From IMG/VR virus record IMGVR_UViG_3300032250_000032, positions 1-30,130 of that record: 30,130 nucleotides of DNA; one strand, given 5' to 3'. The DNA comes from a virus (lineage: Duplodnaviria; Caudoviricetes). Of the stretch, positions 17,363 through 26,564 are shown piece after piece (positions within the stretch are counted from its first letter, which is position 1; every line of letters begins with the position of its first letter). The position numbers were made by a program, and so were the translations under genes. The notes under the pieces were generated by a model. That model was not told where the DNA came from, made no database searches, and saw only the letters and a program-made list of their open reading frames with translations.

Positions 17363-18337
17363 ATGGCATTTGCTAACTCAGCAATCACCGATATTATCGC
17401 TACCACCATTCAAAGTCGTAGCGGTGAATTGGCTGACAACTTAACGCAGAACAATGCGATTCTGCAAAGACTTAACTCTAAGGGCAATGTACGCCCATTC
17501 TCGGGTGGTAATGTGATTTTGGAAGAAATCATGTACAACGACCCTAACACCAACAACGCTAATTCATATAGCGGTTACGAAGTATTGAACATTGCTCCTG
17601 ACAGCCCAATTTCTGCTGCTCAGTTCAAGATTGCTCAGTACGCTGCTGCTGTAACAATGAGCGGTTTAGAGATGCTCCAAAACTCAAGCAAAGAGGCAAT
17701 CATTGACCTGTTAGATGGTCGTATGCAAGTTTCTGAAGCTCGCCTTTTGAACCGCATTTCTACCGACCTATATGGTGATGGACTTGGTAATGGCGGAAAA
17801 AACATTGACGGCTTAGCTGCCGCAGTAGCAGTTTCCCCAACCACAGGCACTTATGGCGGTATCAATCGTGCAAACTGGGAATTTTGGCGTAACCAAGCAA
17901 CTACTGGTCTAACTTCTTCTAACACCCTTGCTAAGATGACTGAAGCAGCCATCAAGCAGGTTCGTGGCACAGATAAGGCTGACTTGTACATTGCTGGTAA
18001 CAACACCTATCAATTCTTTGTTGGTGCATTACAAGCAATTCAGCGTATTACTACCGAAGAAAGTGGTGCAGCAGGTTTTGCATCCCTTAAGTTCTATGGT
18101 GGCGGTACATCTGCTGATGTAGTACTCGGTGGTGGTATTGGTAACCAAGAGAACGCAAACTATATGTATCTCTTGAACACCAATTACATCTGTTTCCGCC
18201 CACACAAAGAGCGTAATTTCGTACCTATCGGTGGTGAGCGTCAAGCCATCAACCAAGATGCGATTGTTAAGCTCTACGGATGGGCAGGCAATTTAACCAC
18301 CAGCAACGCTCAGTTGCAGGGTATTTTGACCACCTAA
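17363..18337 (+). CDS. Major capsid protein
   Basis: 324 aa; ATT...RS..LADN...NNA.L and LYGDG...GK.I.GL motifs; synteny; AAAGGA RBS. Confidence 0.88.
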   Translation: MAFANSAITDIIATTIQSRSGELADNLTQNNAILQRLNSKGNVRPFSGGNVILEEIMYNDPNTNNANSYSGYEVLNIAPDSPISAAQFKIAQYAAAVTMSGLEMLQNSSKEAIIDLLDGRMQVSEARLLNRISTDLYGDGLGNGGKNIDGLAAAVAVSPTTGTYGGINRANWEFWRNQATTGLTSSNTLAKMTEAAIKQVRGTDKADLYIAGNNTYQFFVGALQAIQRITTEESGAAGFASLKFYGGGTSADVVLGGGIGNQENANYMYLLNTNYICFRPHKERNFVPIGGERQAINQDAIVKLYGWAGNLTTSNAQLQGILTT

Positions 18338-18356
18338 TTTGTAAAGGAAAATAATC

Positions 18357-18665
18357 ATGCCTTATTCAGTTCTCCCCATATCTGGTGTTGACCTCAATGG
18401 AATCACCTACGATAGTTTTGACTACACTAACGGAACTACCCTAATCGGTATCCCAAGTTTTGGCCCACTCGGCTCACAAACTTTTGGTTCTGATGGTAAG
18501 CGTTATGTGTTTGCTCGTGCAGCAGCAACAATTCCAGCAGGTACAACTGCTTGTACTGTTAATGCTTCAACCTTTGCCGTAACCGCATCAGGTGGTACTT
18601 ATGTATCTCCTGCTGAGTCGATGGTATCGGGTGATTTCGGTTGGTTTGGTGTTACCAGCGTTTAA
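18357..18665 (+). CDS. Capsid cement/decoration protein (putative)
   Basis: Follows the capsid gene; beta-rich with DGKRYVF.RA and GDFGWF motifs. Confidence 0.65.
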   Translation: MPYSVLPISGVDLNGITYDSFDYTNGTTLIGIPSFGPLGSQTFGSDGKRYVFARAAATIPAGTTACTVNASTFAVTASGGTYVSPAESMVSGDFGWFGVTSV

Positions 18666-18688
18666 TCAAAAATTGTAGTAAAAACAAG

Positions 18689-18719
18689 GGGCTATCTCGT
18701 AATGGGGTAGCCCTTTTTT
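18689..18719 (+). terminator. Rho-independent terminator after the capsid genes
   Basis: GGGCTATCTC-gtaat-GGGGTAGCCC (10-bp stem with 2 G.U pairs) followed by TTTTTT. Confidence 0.9.
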
Positions 18720-18758
18720 CTTTTTAACCGCAGTATCCTAACCACTTGGGAGTTTTAA

Positions 18759-19397
18759 ATGATTGAAAGCGATAGCAGAGATGCAGATTCTCGTCTAGCA
18801 GTTAAGTTTTATAAACGAGCAATGAAACTAGAGCATGAATCCAACGAAGCTGGCAGACCAATATTCAAAGACTACGACTTTGTACGCATTATGGTCGCTG
18901 GTGACACCCTTACTGAACTTGACACTTACGCACAGAATAGCCATAAACAGCGTTTTCCAAAGCAATGGCTTCAATATCAGGCTACACAAGACTCTAGTAG
19001 CGAGATGATTGGAACGCCTGTAGAAGAATGGACTTTAATTAGCCAATCCCAAGCCCAAGAGCTACGGGGCATTAAGTTTATGACAGTCGAATCCATCGCT
19101 AACGCATCGGACTTACAGCTTCAACGCATTGGCATGATTGCTGGTATGTCACCACACGCCTTTAGGGATAAGGCTAGAACCTTTCTAAACCTTGCCGAAG
19201 AAACCGCAGAAGCCACAAAACGAACTGAAGAAATTAATCAGTTGAAGCAAGAACTTGCCAAAAAAGACGAGGAAACTGCTAAAATCAAGGCTGAAACTGA
19301 TGCGAAGCTCGCCTTAATGCAAGAACAAATGGCGGCTGTACTTGCGGCAGTTGGTGAAAAGAAACCCCGCAAAAAGAAAGTCGTAGAGGAATCCTAA
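18759..19397 (+). CDS. Hypothetical phage protein with HhH-like motif and coiled-coil tail
   Basis: ELRGIKFMTVESIANASD..LQRIG resembles a helix-hairpin-helix; GGGAG RBS. Confidence 0.7.
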   Translation: MIESDSRDADSRLAVKFYKRAMKLEHESNEAGRPIFKDYDFVRIMVAGDTLTELDTYAQNSHKQRFPKQWLQYQATQDSSSEMIGTPVEEWTLISQSQAQELRGIKFMTVESIANASDLQLQRIGMIAGMSPHAFRDKARTFLNLAEETAEATKRTEEINQLKQELAKKDEETAKIKAETDAKLALMQEQMAAVLAAVGEKKPRKKKVVEES

Positions 19398-19398
19398 T

Positions 19399-20322
19399 AT
19401 GTCATCAACGATGCTCCAACTCGTTCAGCAAACAACGGCTGAACTAAACCTTGCTGTACCTACCTATGTGGCGGGTAATACCAATCAAGATGTGCAACAG
19501 GTTTTAGCCCTTATGAATCGTACTGGGTATGATTTGGTAAAAGAATATGATTGGCAAGGCTTACAGTTGGAGTATCGGTTTTACACCAATGCAGTCACTT
19601 TTGTAGGTGCTACAGTTAGCGACCAAAGTTATAACCTTATTGTTACTGGTGATGCTACTGCCCTAAATAGTAATTATTCCATTACAGGCACAGGTATTAA
19701 CCAAGATACCTATGTGTCAAGCGTAACTTACAACTCAGGCACAGGTTTATCTACTATTGTTATGAGCCAGTTAGCTAGTGGTACATACGCAGGCGTTACT
19801 TTTACCTTTTCACAGACCAAATACCCATTACCGCCTGACTTTGAAACCATTACGGACAATACGCATTGGGATAAAACGAAGCATTGGCAGATGTTAGGCC
19901 CTGAAGATGCTCAACAATGGCAATGGCTAAAGTCGGGTTATATCTCGACAGGCCCACGCATTAGGTGGCGTATTCTAGGCGATAAGTTCCAAATTTGGCC
20001 TCCATATAACACACAAGAGTATTTAGGCTTTGAATACCGCTCAAAAGGTTGGGCTAGAACTGCGACAGGAACAGTCATAAACAGCTTTGTTGCTGACACC
20101 AACACGACCATATTTGACGATACAGTTATGGTCTTAGGTACAAAACTTAAATATTTTCAAATTAAAGGATTTGATACTACTGCATTGCAACAAGACTATT
20201 TCCGCTATTTGAATGTAGCCAAAGCCAACGATAAGGGTTCTGCAAACCTCAGTTTTGCACCATACCCAACGAAGGTGCTAATTGGTTACGCAAATATCCC
20301 CGATACTGGCTACGGAACTTAA
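19399..20322 (+). CDS. Head-to-tail adaptor (podovirus tail tubular A-like) with a beta-rich insertion
   Basis: Synteny; YDWQ.L, YPLP.DF and RWRI.G..FQIWP motifs. Confidence 0.7.
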   Translation: MSSTMLQLVQQTTAELNLAVPTYVAGNTNQDVQQVLALMNRTGYDLVKEYDWQGLQLEYRFYTNAVTFVGATVSDQSYNLIVTGDATALNSNYSITGTGINQDTYVSSVTYNSGTGLSTIVMSQLASGTYAGVTFTFSQTKYPLPPDFETITDNTHWDKTKHWQMLGPEDAQQWQWLKSGYISTGPRIRWRILGDKFQIWPPYNTQEYLGFEYRSKGWARTATGTVINSFVADTNTTIFDDTVMVLGTKLKYFQIKGFDTTALQQDYFRYLNVAKANDKGSANLSFAPYPTKVLIGYANIPDTGYGT

Positions 20323-20325
20323 TCT

Positions 20326-22092
20326 ATGGCAGTTGCTCAACAACGAAGGGCAGTTACCGCTTCTGTGCCATCCCCTATTGGGGGTTGGAACGCTAGGGAT
20401 TCGGTTGCCGAAATGAACCCCCTAGATGCGGTGGTGCTTAATAATTTTTACCCCACTCCATCGGAGATACAATTAAGAAAAGGCTATACCCAATACGCCA
20501 CAGGCATATCAGGGCAAGTCGATACCTTAATGCAGTATTCAGGTGGTGCTATAAGTAAGCTATTCGCTGCTGCTGGAAGCGTTATTTATGATGTTTCTAA
20601 TGCTGGTGTAGCAACTTCTGTTGTTACAGGGCAAGGTAGCGATAGATTACAGTATGTCAATGTGTCAACCACAGGCGGTAACTTTTTAACGGCTGTCAAT
20701 GGAACAGATGCCGCCCTTATTTATGACGGCACAAATTGGGTTAAATATGCTACAACATCAACCGCCCAAACAATAAGCAATTTAACTAGTTCAGGCACGA
20801 CTTGTACTCTTGTTACTAGTACCGCACATGGTCTAGTCACAGGAAATCAAGTCACCATTACGGGTGCAAGCCCATCCCAATATAACGGAACTTTTAGAAT
20901 TACTGTTACTAACGGCACGACTTTTACTTATACAGCACTATCAGCCCCAGCAACTAGCCCTGCAAGCCCATTAGGGTCTTACACAGTCGCTAAATTCATT
21001 ACTGGAGTGAATTCTAGTAACCTAATTCATGTTAATTTGCATAAAGACCGCCTGTATTTTGTAGAAAAAGACACTTTAAACTTTTGGTATCTAGGCGTAA
21101 ACGCTATTAGCGGTGCTGCAACCTCATACCCATTAGGTGCTATTGCCCGAAATGGTGGTTACATTATGGCAATGGGTACTTGGACACTAGACGCAGGCTA
21201 CGGGGTAGATGATTACGCTGTTTTTATCACCAATAACGGGGAAGCCATTGTTTTTAAGGGTTCTGACCCATCCGACCCTACAGATTGGTCATTAATTGGG
21301 GTATGGCAACTCGGTCAAGTCTTTGCTAGACGCTGTTTTTTCAAGTTTGCAGGCGATTTATTGCTAATTACCCAAGATGGCATAATCCCATTGGCTTCTG
21401 CCCTACAATCATCCCGTTTAGACCCCCGAATTAACATTACAGACAAGATTTACTACGCTGTAAGCGAAGCCGCAGACCTTTACAACGCAGAATTTGGGTG
21501 GCAAATCCACTATTACGCCAAACAGAATATGCTGATATTCAATATTCCTGTAATTGGCGGTCAACAACAGTATGTAATGCACAACATTACTAAGGCATGG
21601 GCTAGTTTTTCAGGCATAAACGCCACTTGCTTTGAAGTCTATGACGAAAATATGTACTTTGGCGGTAATGGCTTTGTTGGAAGGTTTTGGGATGGATTGT
21701 CAGACAACGACCAAAACATTAAGGCTTCTTGCCAACAGGCATATAGCTATTTTGACGCTAGAGGGCAGTTAAAACGCTTCACAATGGTACGCCCTATCCT
21801 TTTTACCGATAATGGCTTACCGACTGTTTTATGCGGTATAAACACCGATTTTGACACCCAAAACAATGTCGGACAGGTTAGTTTTAACCCTGCCTTAGTT
21901 TCTGTAGGTATTTGGGATACTAGCCTTTGGGATGATGCAGAATGGGGTGGCGGAAATACCATTTCTAAGAATTGGCAAGGCGTGACAGGTATAGGCTATG
22001 CAGGAGGCATTATCCTAAATATTGCATCGCAAGATATTGATGTTAGGTGGGCTAGTACAGACTATGTAATGGAAAGGGGAGCTATTCTGTAA
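20326..22092 (+). CDS. Tail nozzle / DNA stabilisation protein (P22 gp10- or T7 gp12-like)
   Basis: P.GGWNARD N-terminus, beta-propeller-like composition, LKRFTMVRP; synteny. Confidence 0.75.
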   Translation: MAVAQQRRAVTASVPSPIGGWNARDSVAEMNPLDAVVLNNFYPTPSEIQLRKGYTQYATGISGQVDTLMQYSGGAISKLFAAAGSVIYDVSNAGVATSVVTGQGSDRLQYVNVSTTGGNFLTAVNGTDAALIYDGTNWVKYATTSTAQTISNLTSSGTTCTLVTSTAHGLVTGNQVTITGASPSQYNGTFRITVTNGTTFTYTALSAPATSPASPLGSYTVAKFITGVNSSNLIHVNLHKDRLYFVEKDTLNFWYLGVNAISGAATSYPLGAIARNGGYIMAMGTWTLDAGYGVDDYAVFITNNGEAIVFKGSDPSDPTDWSLIGVWQLGQVFARRCFFKFAGDLLLITQDGIIPLASALQSSRLDPRINITDKIYYAVSEAADLYNAEFGWQIHYYAKQNMLIFNIPVIGGQQQYVMHNITKAWASFSGINATCFEVYDENMYFGGNGFVGRFWDGLSDNDQNIKASCQQAYSYFDARGQLKRFTMVRPILFTDNGLPTVLCGINTDFDTQNNVGQVSFNPALVSVGIWDTSLWDDAEWGGGNTISKNWQGVTGIGYAGGIILNIASQDIDVRWASTDYVMERGAIL

Positions 22093-22527
22093 ATGCGACA
22101 AGTTACGACTGAAAACCAACGCTATTTGGGGGAATGGTTGGTTCGCATACTGAATTTTCCCCTACCCGAAACCACCCAATGTATTGGACAGTTAAAAGAC
22201 GGCAATTTAGTAGCAGTAGCGGGTTACACCAACTTTATGCCAAAGGCTTGTGAGATTCATATTGGTAGCGTTGGTGAGCATTGGGCAAGTAAAGATTTTA
22301 TATGGGCGGTATTTGATTACCCCTTTAATAAACTTGGACTTAGCGTTATACTAGGGCAAATCTGTGCTGATAACACAGATGCCCTAAAGTTAAACCGACA
22401 TTTGGGCTTTAAGGTTGTAGCTGAAATACCTGATGCCCACATGAGTGGTGATTTGGTGATTATGGCTATGAAAAAAGAGGAGTGTCGGTTTTTAAACATC
22501 CGATGCTCTTTAAACAAGGGAGAATAG
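22093..22527 (+). CDS. GNAT-fold virion assembly protein
   Basis: FDYPFNKLG and N..ALKLNRHLGFK (GNAT motif B); position between nozzle and ejection genes. Confidence 0.7.
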   Translation: MRQVTTENQRYLGEWLVRILNFPLPETTQCIGQLKDGNLVAVAGYTNFMPKACEIHIGSVGEHWASKDFIWAVFDYPFNKLGLSVILGQICADNTDALKLNRHLGFKVVAEIPDAHMSGDLVIMAMKKEECRFLNIRCSLNKGE

Positions 22528-22528
22528 T

Positions 22529-23581
22529 ATGGGTGGTGGTGGATTTTTAGGATTAGGGCCTGCCCCAAGTGCACCTCCTGCACCTGATTATTCAGGGGCT
22601 GCTAGAGAAACCGCACAAGGCAATGTGGACGCTGCTCGTCTTGCGGTAGCCGCCAATCGAGTCAATCAATACACCCCTTATGGTTCGCTTGAATACACCA
22701 TGTCAGGCGAGGACAAGTACGGCAACCCAATGTGGTCAGCCACTCAAAAGTTTAGCCCTGAACAACAAAAATTATTAGATATTCAAAACCAATTAAGTTA
22801 TGGCGTGGGTCAACTTGGCACTAAAGGTCTTGAATATGTTGGACAACAATTACAAAACCCATTTGATGTAAGTCAATTACCAAGCATAGGTATTAACCCT
22901 AGTGAAACTTACTCAGACGCTATCATGCGTAGGTTACAGCCACAAATGCAACAAGGTCGGGATAGACTAGAACAACAGTTAGCTAATCAAGGCATTCAAA
23001 TTGGTTCTGAAGCCTATGACCGAGCCATACGCAACTTTGACCAAAGACAAAATGACTTGTTGTTGGGGGCACAAACACAAGGCTTAGGCGTTGGTTTACA
23101 AGCCCGTCAACAACAATTAGGCGAATTGGCTTATCGCAGAAACGAACCATTGAATGTATTAAGTGCATTGCGTACTGGTTCTCAGGTTACTGCCCCAACT
23201 TATGTTAATTCTGCCCAACAAGCGACAACTGCTGGCCCTGACTTACTAGGTGCGGCAGGTATGCAATATAACGCTCAAATGGGTGACTTTAACGCTAGAC
23301 AAGCCGCCCAAGCTAACCTTAATCAAGGTTTATTTAGTTTAGGCGGTGCAGCATTAATGTCTGACATTCGTGCAAAAGAAAACATCAAAGCCATTGGTGT
23401 AATGGATAACGGCTTAACCCTTTATAGTTTTGAATACAAAGATGAGGTCAAATCGCACCCATTAGCAGGCGATGGCATCCATGTTGGTGTCATGGCACAA
23501 GAAGTAGAGCAAGTATTCCCATATGCAGTTAAGACTCTAGATGACGGCTATAAAGTCGTAGATTACGGACTATTACCATGA
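22529..23581 (+). CDS. DNA ejection/pilot protein with C-terminal S74-type autocleaving chaperone domain
   Basis: Q/A/G-rich helical body; SDIRAKENI...LYSFEYK...GVMAQEVE...P.AV...GYK.VDY is the S74 signature. Confidence 0.75.
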   Translation: MGGGGFLGLGPAPSAPPAPDYSGAARETAQGNVDAARLAVAANRVNQYTPYGSLEYTMSGEDKYGNPMWSATQKFSPEQQKLLDIQNQLSYGVGQLGTKGLEYVGQQLQNPFDVSQLPSIGINPSETYSDAIMRRLQPQMQQGRDRLEQQLANQGIQIGSEAYDRAIRNFDQRQNDLLLGAQTQGLGVGLQARQQQLGELAYRRNEPLNVLSALRTGSQVTAPTYVNSAQQATTAGPDLLGAAGMQYNAQMGDFNARQAAQANLNQGLFSLGGAALMSDIRAKENIKAIGVMDNGLTLYSFEYKDEVKSHPLAGDGIHVGVMAQEVEQVFPYAVKTLDDGYKVVDYGLLP

Positions 23582-23982
23582 TGGACTTTAATCCTTATTA
23601 TTTGGCTATGACCCAAATGGGTAATCCAAGACCACAAACTCAAGATTTAGGTGGTTTATCCCCCGTATTTCAAAATATTGCAAATCAACAAGCCAATCAA
23701 AATATGGCTATGCAACAAGCTCAAGGATTGACCCAACAAGCAGGGCAAACAGCTCAAGGCGGTATGAACCCAATGGCTATGGCAATGATGTTACGAAAAG
23801 GTCAAAAATCTGACCCTTACGCTAATGCACAAGAAGCTATGAAAAAATATGGTGCAGAAAATGTTTATGGATTTGGTGGTCAAGGTACTGTGCCTACCCA
23901 AATTACAGGGCAAGACCAGTACGAGCCTATAAAAAATATGCCATCCGTAGGTGCTTATGGTCAACTTATTCCAAGCAATTAA
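23578..23982 (+). CDS. Small Q/M/G-rich protein, probable ejection protein
   Basis: Low-complexity composition; lies in the ejection gene cluster. Confidence 0.55.
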   Translation: MMDFNPYYLAMTQMGNPRPQTQDLGGLSPVFQNIANQQANQNMAMQQAQGLTQQAGQTAQGGMNPMAMAMMLRKGQKSDPYANAQEAMKKYGAENVYGFGGQGTVPTQITGQDQYEPIKNMPSVGAYGQLIPSN

Positions 23983-23991
23983 GGACTAAAC

Positions 23992-25164
23992 ATGGCTCAA
24001 CCACAAACAATCAATTTAGGCGGTATTAATTTACCACCCGAAATTTTAGGTCAACAACAAGCCTTAAATCGCCAACAGCAGATGGCTCAGTTGTTAATGC
24101 AACAAGGTCAATCTATGCCGTCAGGACAGATGGTAAGTGGGCGTTATGTTGCACCTAGTTTTTTCCAATATGCAGCACCTTTAGCTCAAATGTATGCAGG
24201 TACACGCCTAGCAGAAAAAGCAGAAAAAGAACAATTAGATTTATCTAATCGTTACGCAAAAATGCAACAAGAAGCTGGTCAAAGAATAGCCAATGCTTTG
24301 CTTGGAACTCCTGCAATTCAAGAACCTGATATTCCAACAGAAACTTACGAAACTGTTAAAGGTAAAACAATTCCTGCTGTTGCTGGTAATGCACAATTAG
24401 CTTTAGCAGAGGCATTAAAAGACCCAACAGGAATTGGAAAGTCATTAATACCAACATTAATTGAAAAAGCATCACCAAAACCATTTGCTCCAACAAATGA
24501 AATGCAAAATTATCAGTTTATGAAAGAATCAGGTCAATTGCCAAAAGGCATGACATTTTTGGGTTACCAAACATATTTAAAAACTGTTGATAACAAACCT
24601 GAAAGAGCTCCTGCTGGTTATCGATTTATGCCTGATGGTTCGCTTGAGCCAATTAAAGGAGGCCCAGCAGATGTTAAATCTCAACAAAAATTTGCTGGGC
24701 AAGAGAATGTTGATACATTAATTACTGGATTGCGTGACCAATACAATATTCTTAAATCTAACGAAGGTATTACTAGCATAGAAGCTGGTGTAATTCCTAA
24801 TTTGCGTAGTGCTGCTTCTAGGTCTGCCGTAGGTCAAGCATTTGGTCAAGCAGTAGGTTCAACAAATCAATCTGCTAGAAACACTATTGCACAATCAAGA
24901 CCATTGTTGCTAAATGCAATTAAAGAGGCTACTGGAATGTCAGCAAAACAAATGGATTCTAATGCTGAACTTAAAATGTATTTGGCAGCAGCTACAGACC
25001 CAAGCCTTGATTACGAAGCAAATATGAACGCATTAAATCAACTAGAGCGTTTATTTGGTACATCTTCTGCAAATCGTGGGCAACCACAAAGCCAACAACC
25101 GCAAAATCAACAGCCACAAGGAAATTCTGTTGATTTTAATTCATTGCCAAAAAGGAAGCCGTAA
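23992..25164 (+). CDS. Probable internal virion / DNA ejection protein
   Basis: GQMVSGRYVAPS and GYRF.PDG.LEPI.GGPAD motifs; Q-rich helices; AAGGA RBS. Confidence 0.65.
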   Translation: MAQPQTINLGGINLPPEILGQQQALNRQQQMAQLLMQQGQSMPSGQMVSGRYVAPSFFQYAAPLAQMYAGTRLAEKAEKEQLDLSNRYAKMQQEAGQRIANALLGTPAIQEPDIPTETYETVKGKTIPAVAGNAQLALAEALKDPTGIGKSLIPTLIEKASPKPFAPTNEMQNYQFMKESGQLPKGMTFLGYQTYLKTVDNKPERAPAGYRFMPDGSLEPIKGGPADVKSQQKFAGQENVDTLITGLRDQYNILKSNEGITSIEAGVIPNLRSAASRSAVGQAFGQAVGSTNQSARNTIAQSRPLLLNAIKEATGMSAKQMDSNAELKMYLAAATDPSLDYEANMNALNQLERLFGTSSANRGQPQSQQPQNQQPQGNSVDFNSLPKRKP

Positions 25165-25166
25165 AT

Positions 25167-26564
25167 ATGGATGTACGGATGCCAGATGGTACTATTGTTA
25201 AAAATGTTCCTAGTAATGTAACTCAGGAAGATTTATTAGAGCGTTATCAAGCCTTTAAAACGCCTGATACACGAGGAAACATTATTAACACAGATGTTCC
25301 AACTGTTGTTGGACAAGTACCAAATCCGCCTATAAACGAACCAAAGCGTTCCATGCAAGAAAAAATGATGGCATTGTATGAAGTGCCAGCCACTATGCTT
25401 TCAGGTGCAGCATTAACTATTCCAAGTGCTGTATCGGCATTAGCTACAGGCGAAGCACCGATGGCTATGGCACAACGCAATATGTACCAACCTAGAAGCG
25501 GTGCAAGTCAAGATGTATTACAAAGCATTGGTAGTGCGTTTGAAGCTACTAAACTGCCACCAGTAATACCTACTACGGGCATGATTCCTAGCTATGCTCG
25601 TATGGCTCAAGCAACAACCCCACAAGTAAGGCAAGGCGGTCAAATTGCTACTCAAGCAGTTCGTGAAACAGCACAACCAGTTGTAAATAGAATGGCAGAA
25701 GCTTTGCGTAAAGAACCAAAATTAGATGTTGCTGAAATTGCAAAAACAGCCCCATCGGTTGAAGAATTAGCAACACAATCTAGCCAATTATTTAAACAAG
25801 CCAAAGAATCTAATGTTGAATTAAACGCTAAAAACTTTTCCAATACTATGAAAACGATTGGCAAAGATTTGCGTGAAGAAGGTTATGACCCACGCTTGTA
25901 TCCTAAATTGGATGTAGCATTTAGTGAGTTACAAAACGCTAAAGTTCCAAAAGATTTTAATGAATTGCGTACTTTGCGTAAATTTATTCAAGGTGCACAA
26001 AAAAGTTCTGATTTAGAAGAAAAGCGTTTAGCAACTATTCTTAAAGATGAATTTGATACTTATGTAGCAAACATTCCTGAATCATCTATCAAAGCTGGTT
26101 CAAAAGAAGGTTTAGAAGCATGGAAACAAGCTAGAGATGCTTACACCCGTATGAGCAAAGGCGAAATTTTTGAGGATATGCTTGAAAACGCTCAATTAGA
26201 TACTAGCAAATTTAGTATGTCTGGAATTGAAAACTCATTAGCTCAACAACTAAGACAGTTAGCTAAAAACGATAAAAAAATGCGTATGTTTACACCTAAA
26301 GAACAAACTGCTATCAAAGATGCAGTCAAAGGTGGAAAAGTTCAAAATATGTTGCGTTTCTTTGGAAAGTTTGCACCAACAAGCTCAGTTAGCAGTATTC
26401 CTGCTTTATTAACTACTGCGGCTAGTGCCCCACTTGGTTTAACTTTAACTGGTGGTGCTATTGGTGGAAGATATTTGGCTCAACAAATAAGAAAATCAGA
26501 TGTTAAAAATTTAGCTGCTTTAATGCGAGCAGGAGCAAAAAAACAGGAGTTATCAAATGAGTAG
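25167..26564 (+). CDS. Probable internal virion / DNA ejection protein
   Basis: V.MPDGT...NVP N-terminus, helical body, hydrophobic G/A-rich C-terminal segment; synteny. Confidence 0.65.
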   Translation: MDVRMPDGTIVKNVPSNVTQEDLLERYQAFKTPDTRGNIINTDVPTVVGQVPNPPINEPKRSMQEKMMALYEVPATMLSGAALTIPSAVSALATGEAPMAMAQRNMYQPRSGASQDVLQSIGSAFEATKLPPVIPTTGMIPSYARMAQATTPQVRQGGQIATQAVRETAQPVVNRMAEALRKEPKLDVAEIAKTAPSVEELATQSSQLFKQAKESNVELNAKNFSNTMKTIGKDLREEGYDPRLYPKLDVAFSELQNAKVPKDFNELRTLRKFIQGAQKSSDLEEKRLATILKDEFDTYVANIPESSIKAGSKEGLEAWKQARDAYTRMSKGEIFEDMLENAQLDTSKFSMSGIENSLAQQLRQLAKNDKKMRMFTPKEQTAIKDAVKGGKVQNMLRFFGKFAPTSSVSSIPALLTTAASAPLGLTLTGGAIGGRYLAQQIRKSDVKNLAALMRAGAKKQELSNE

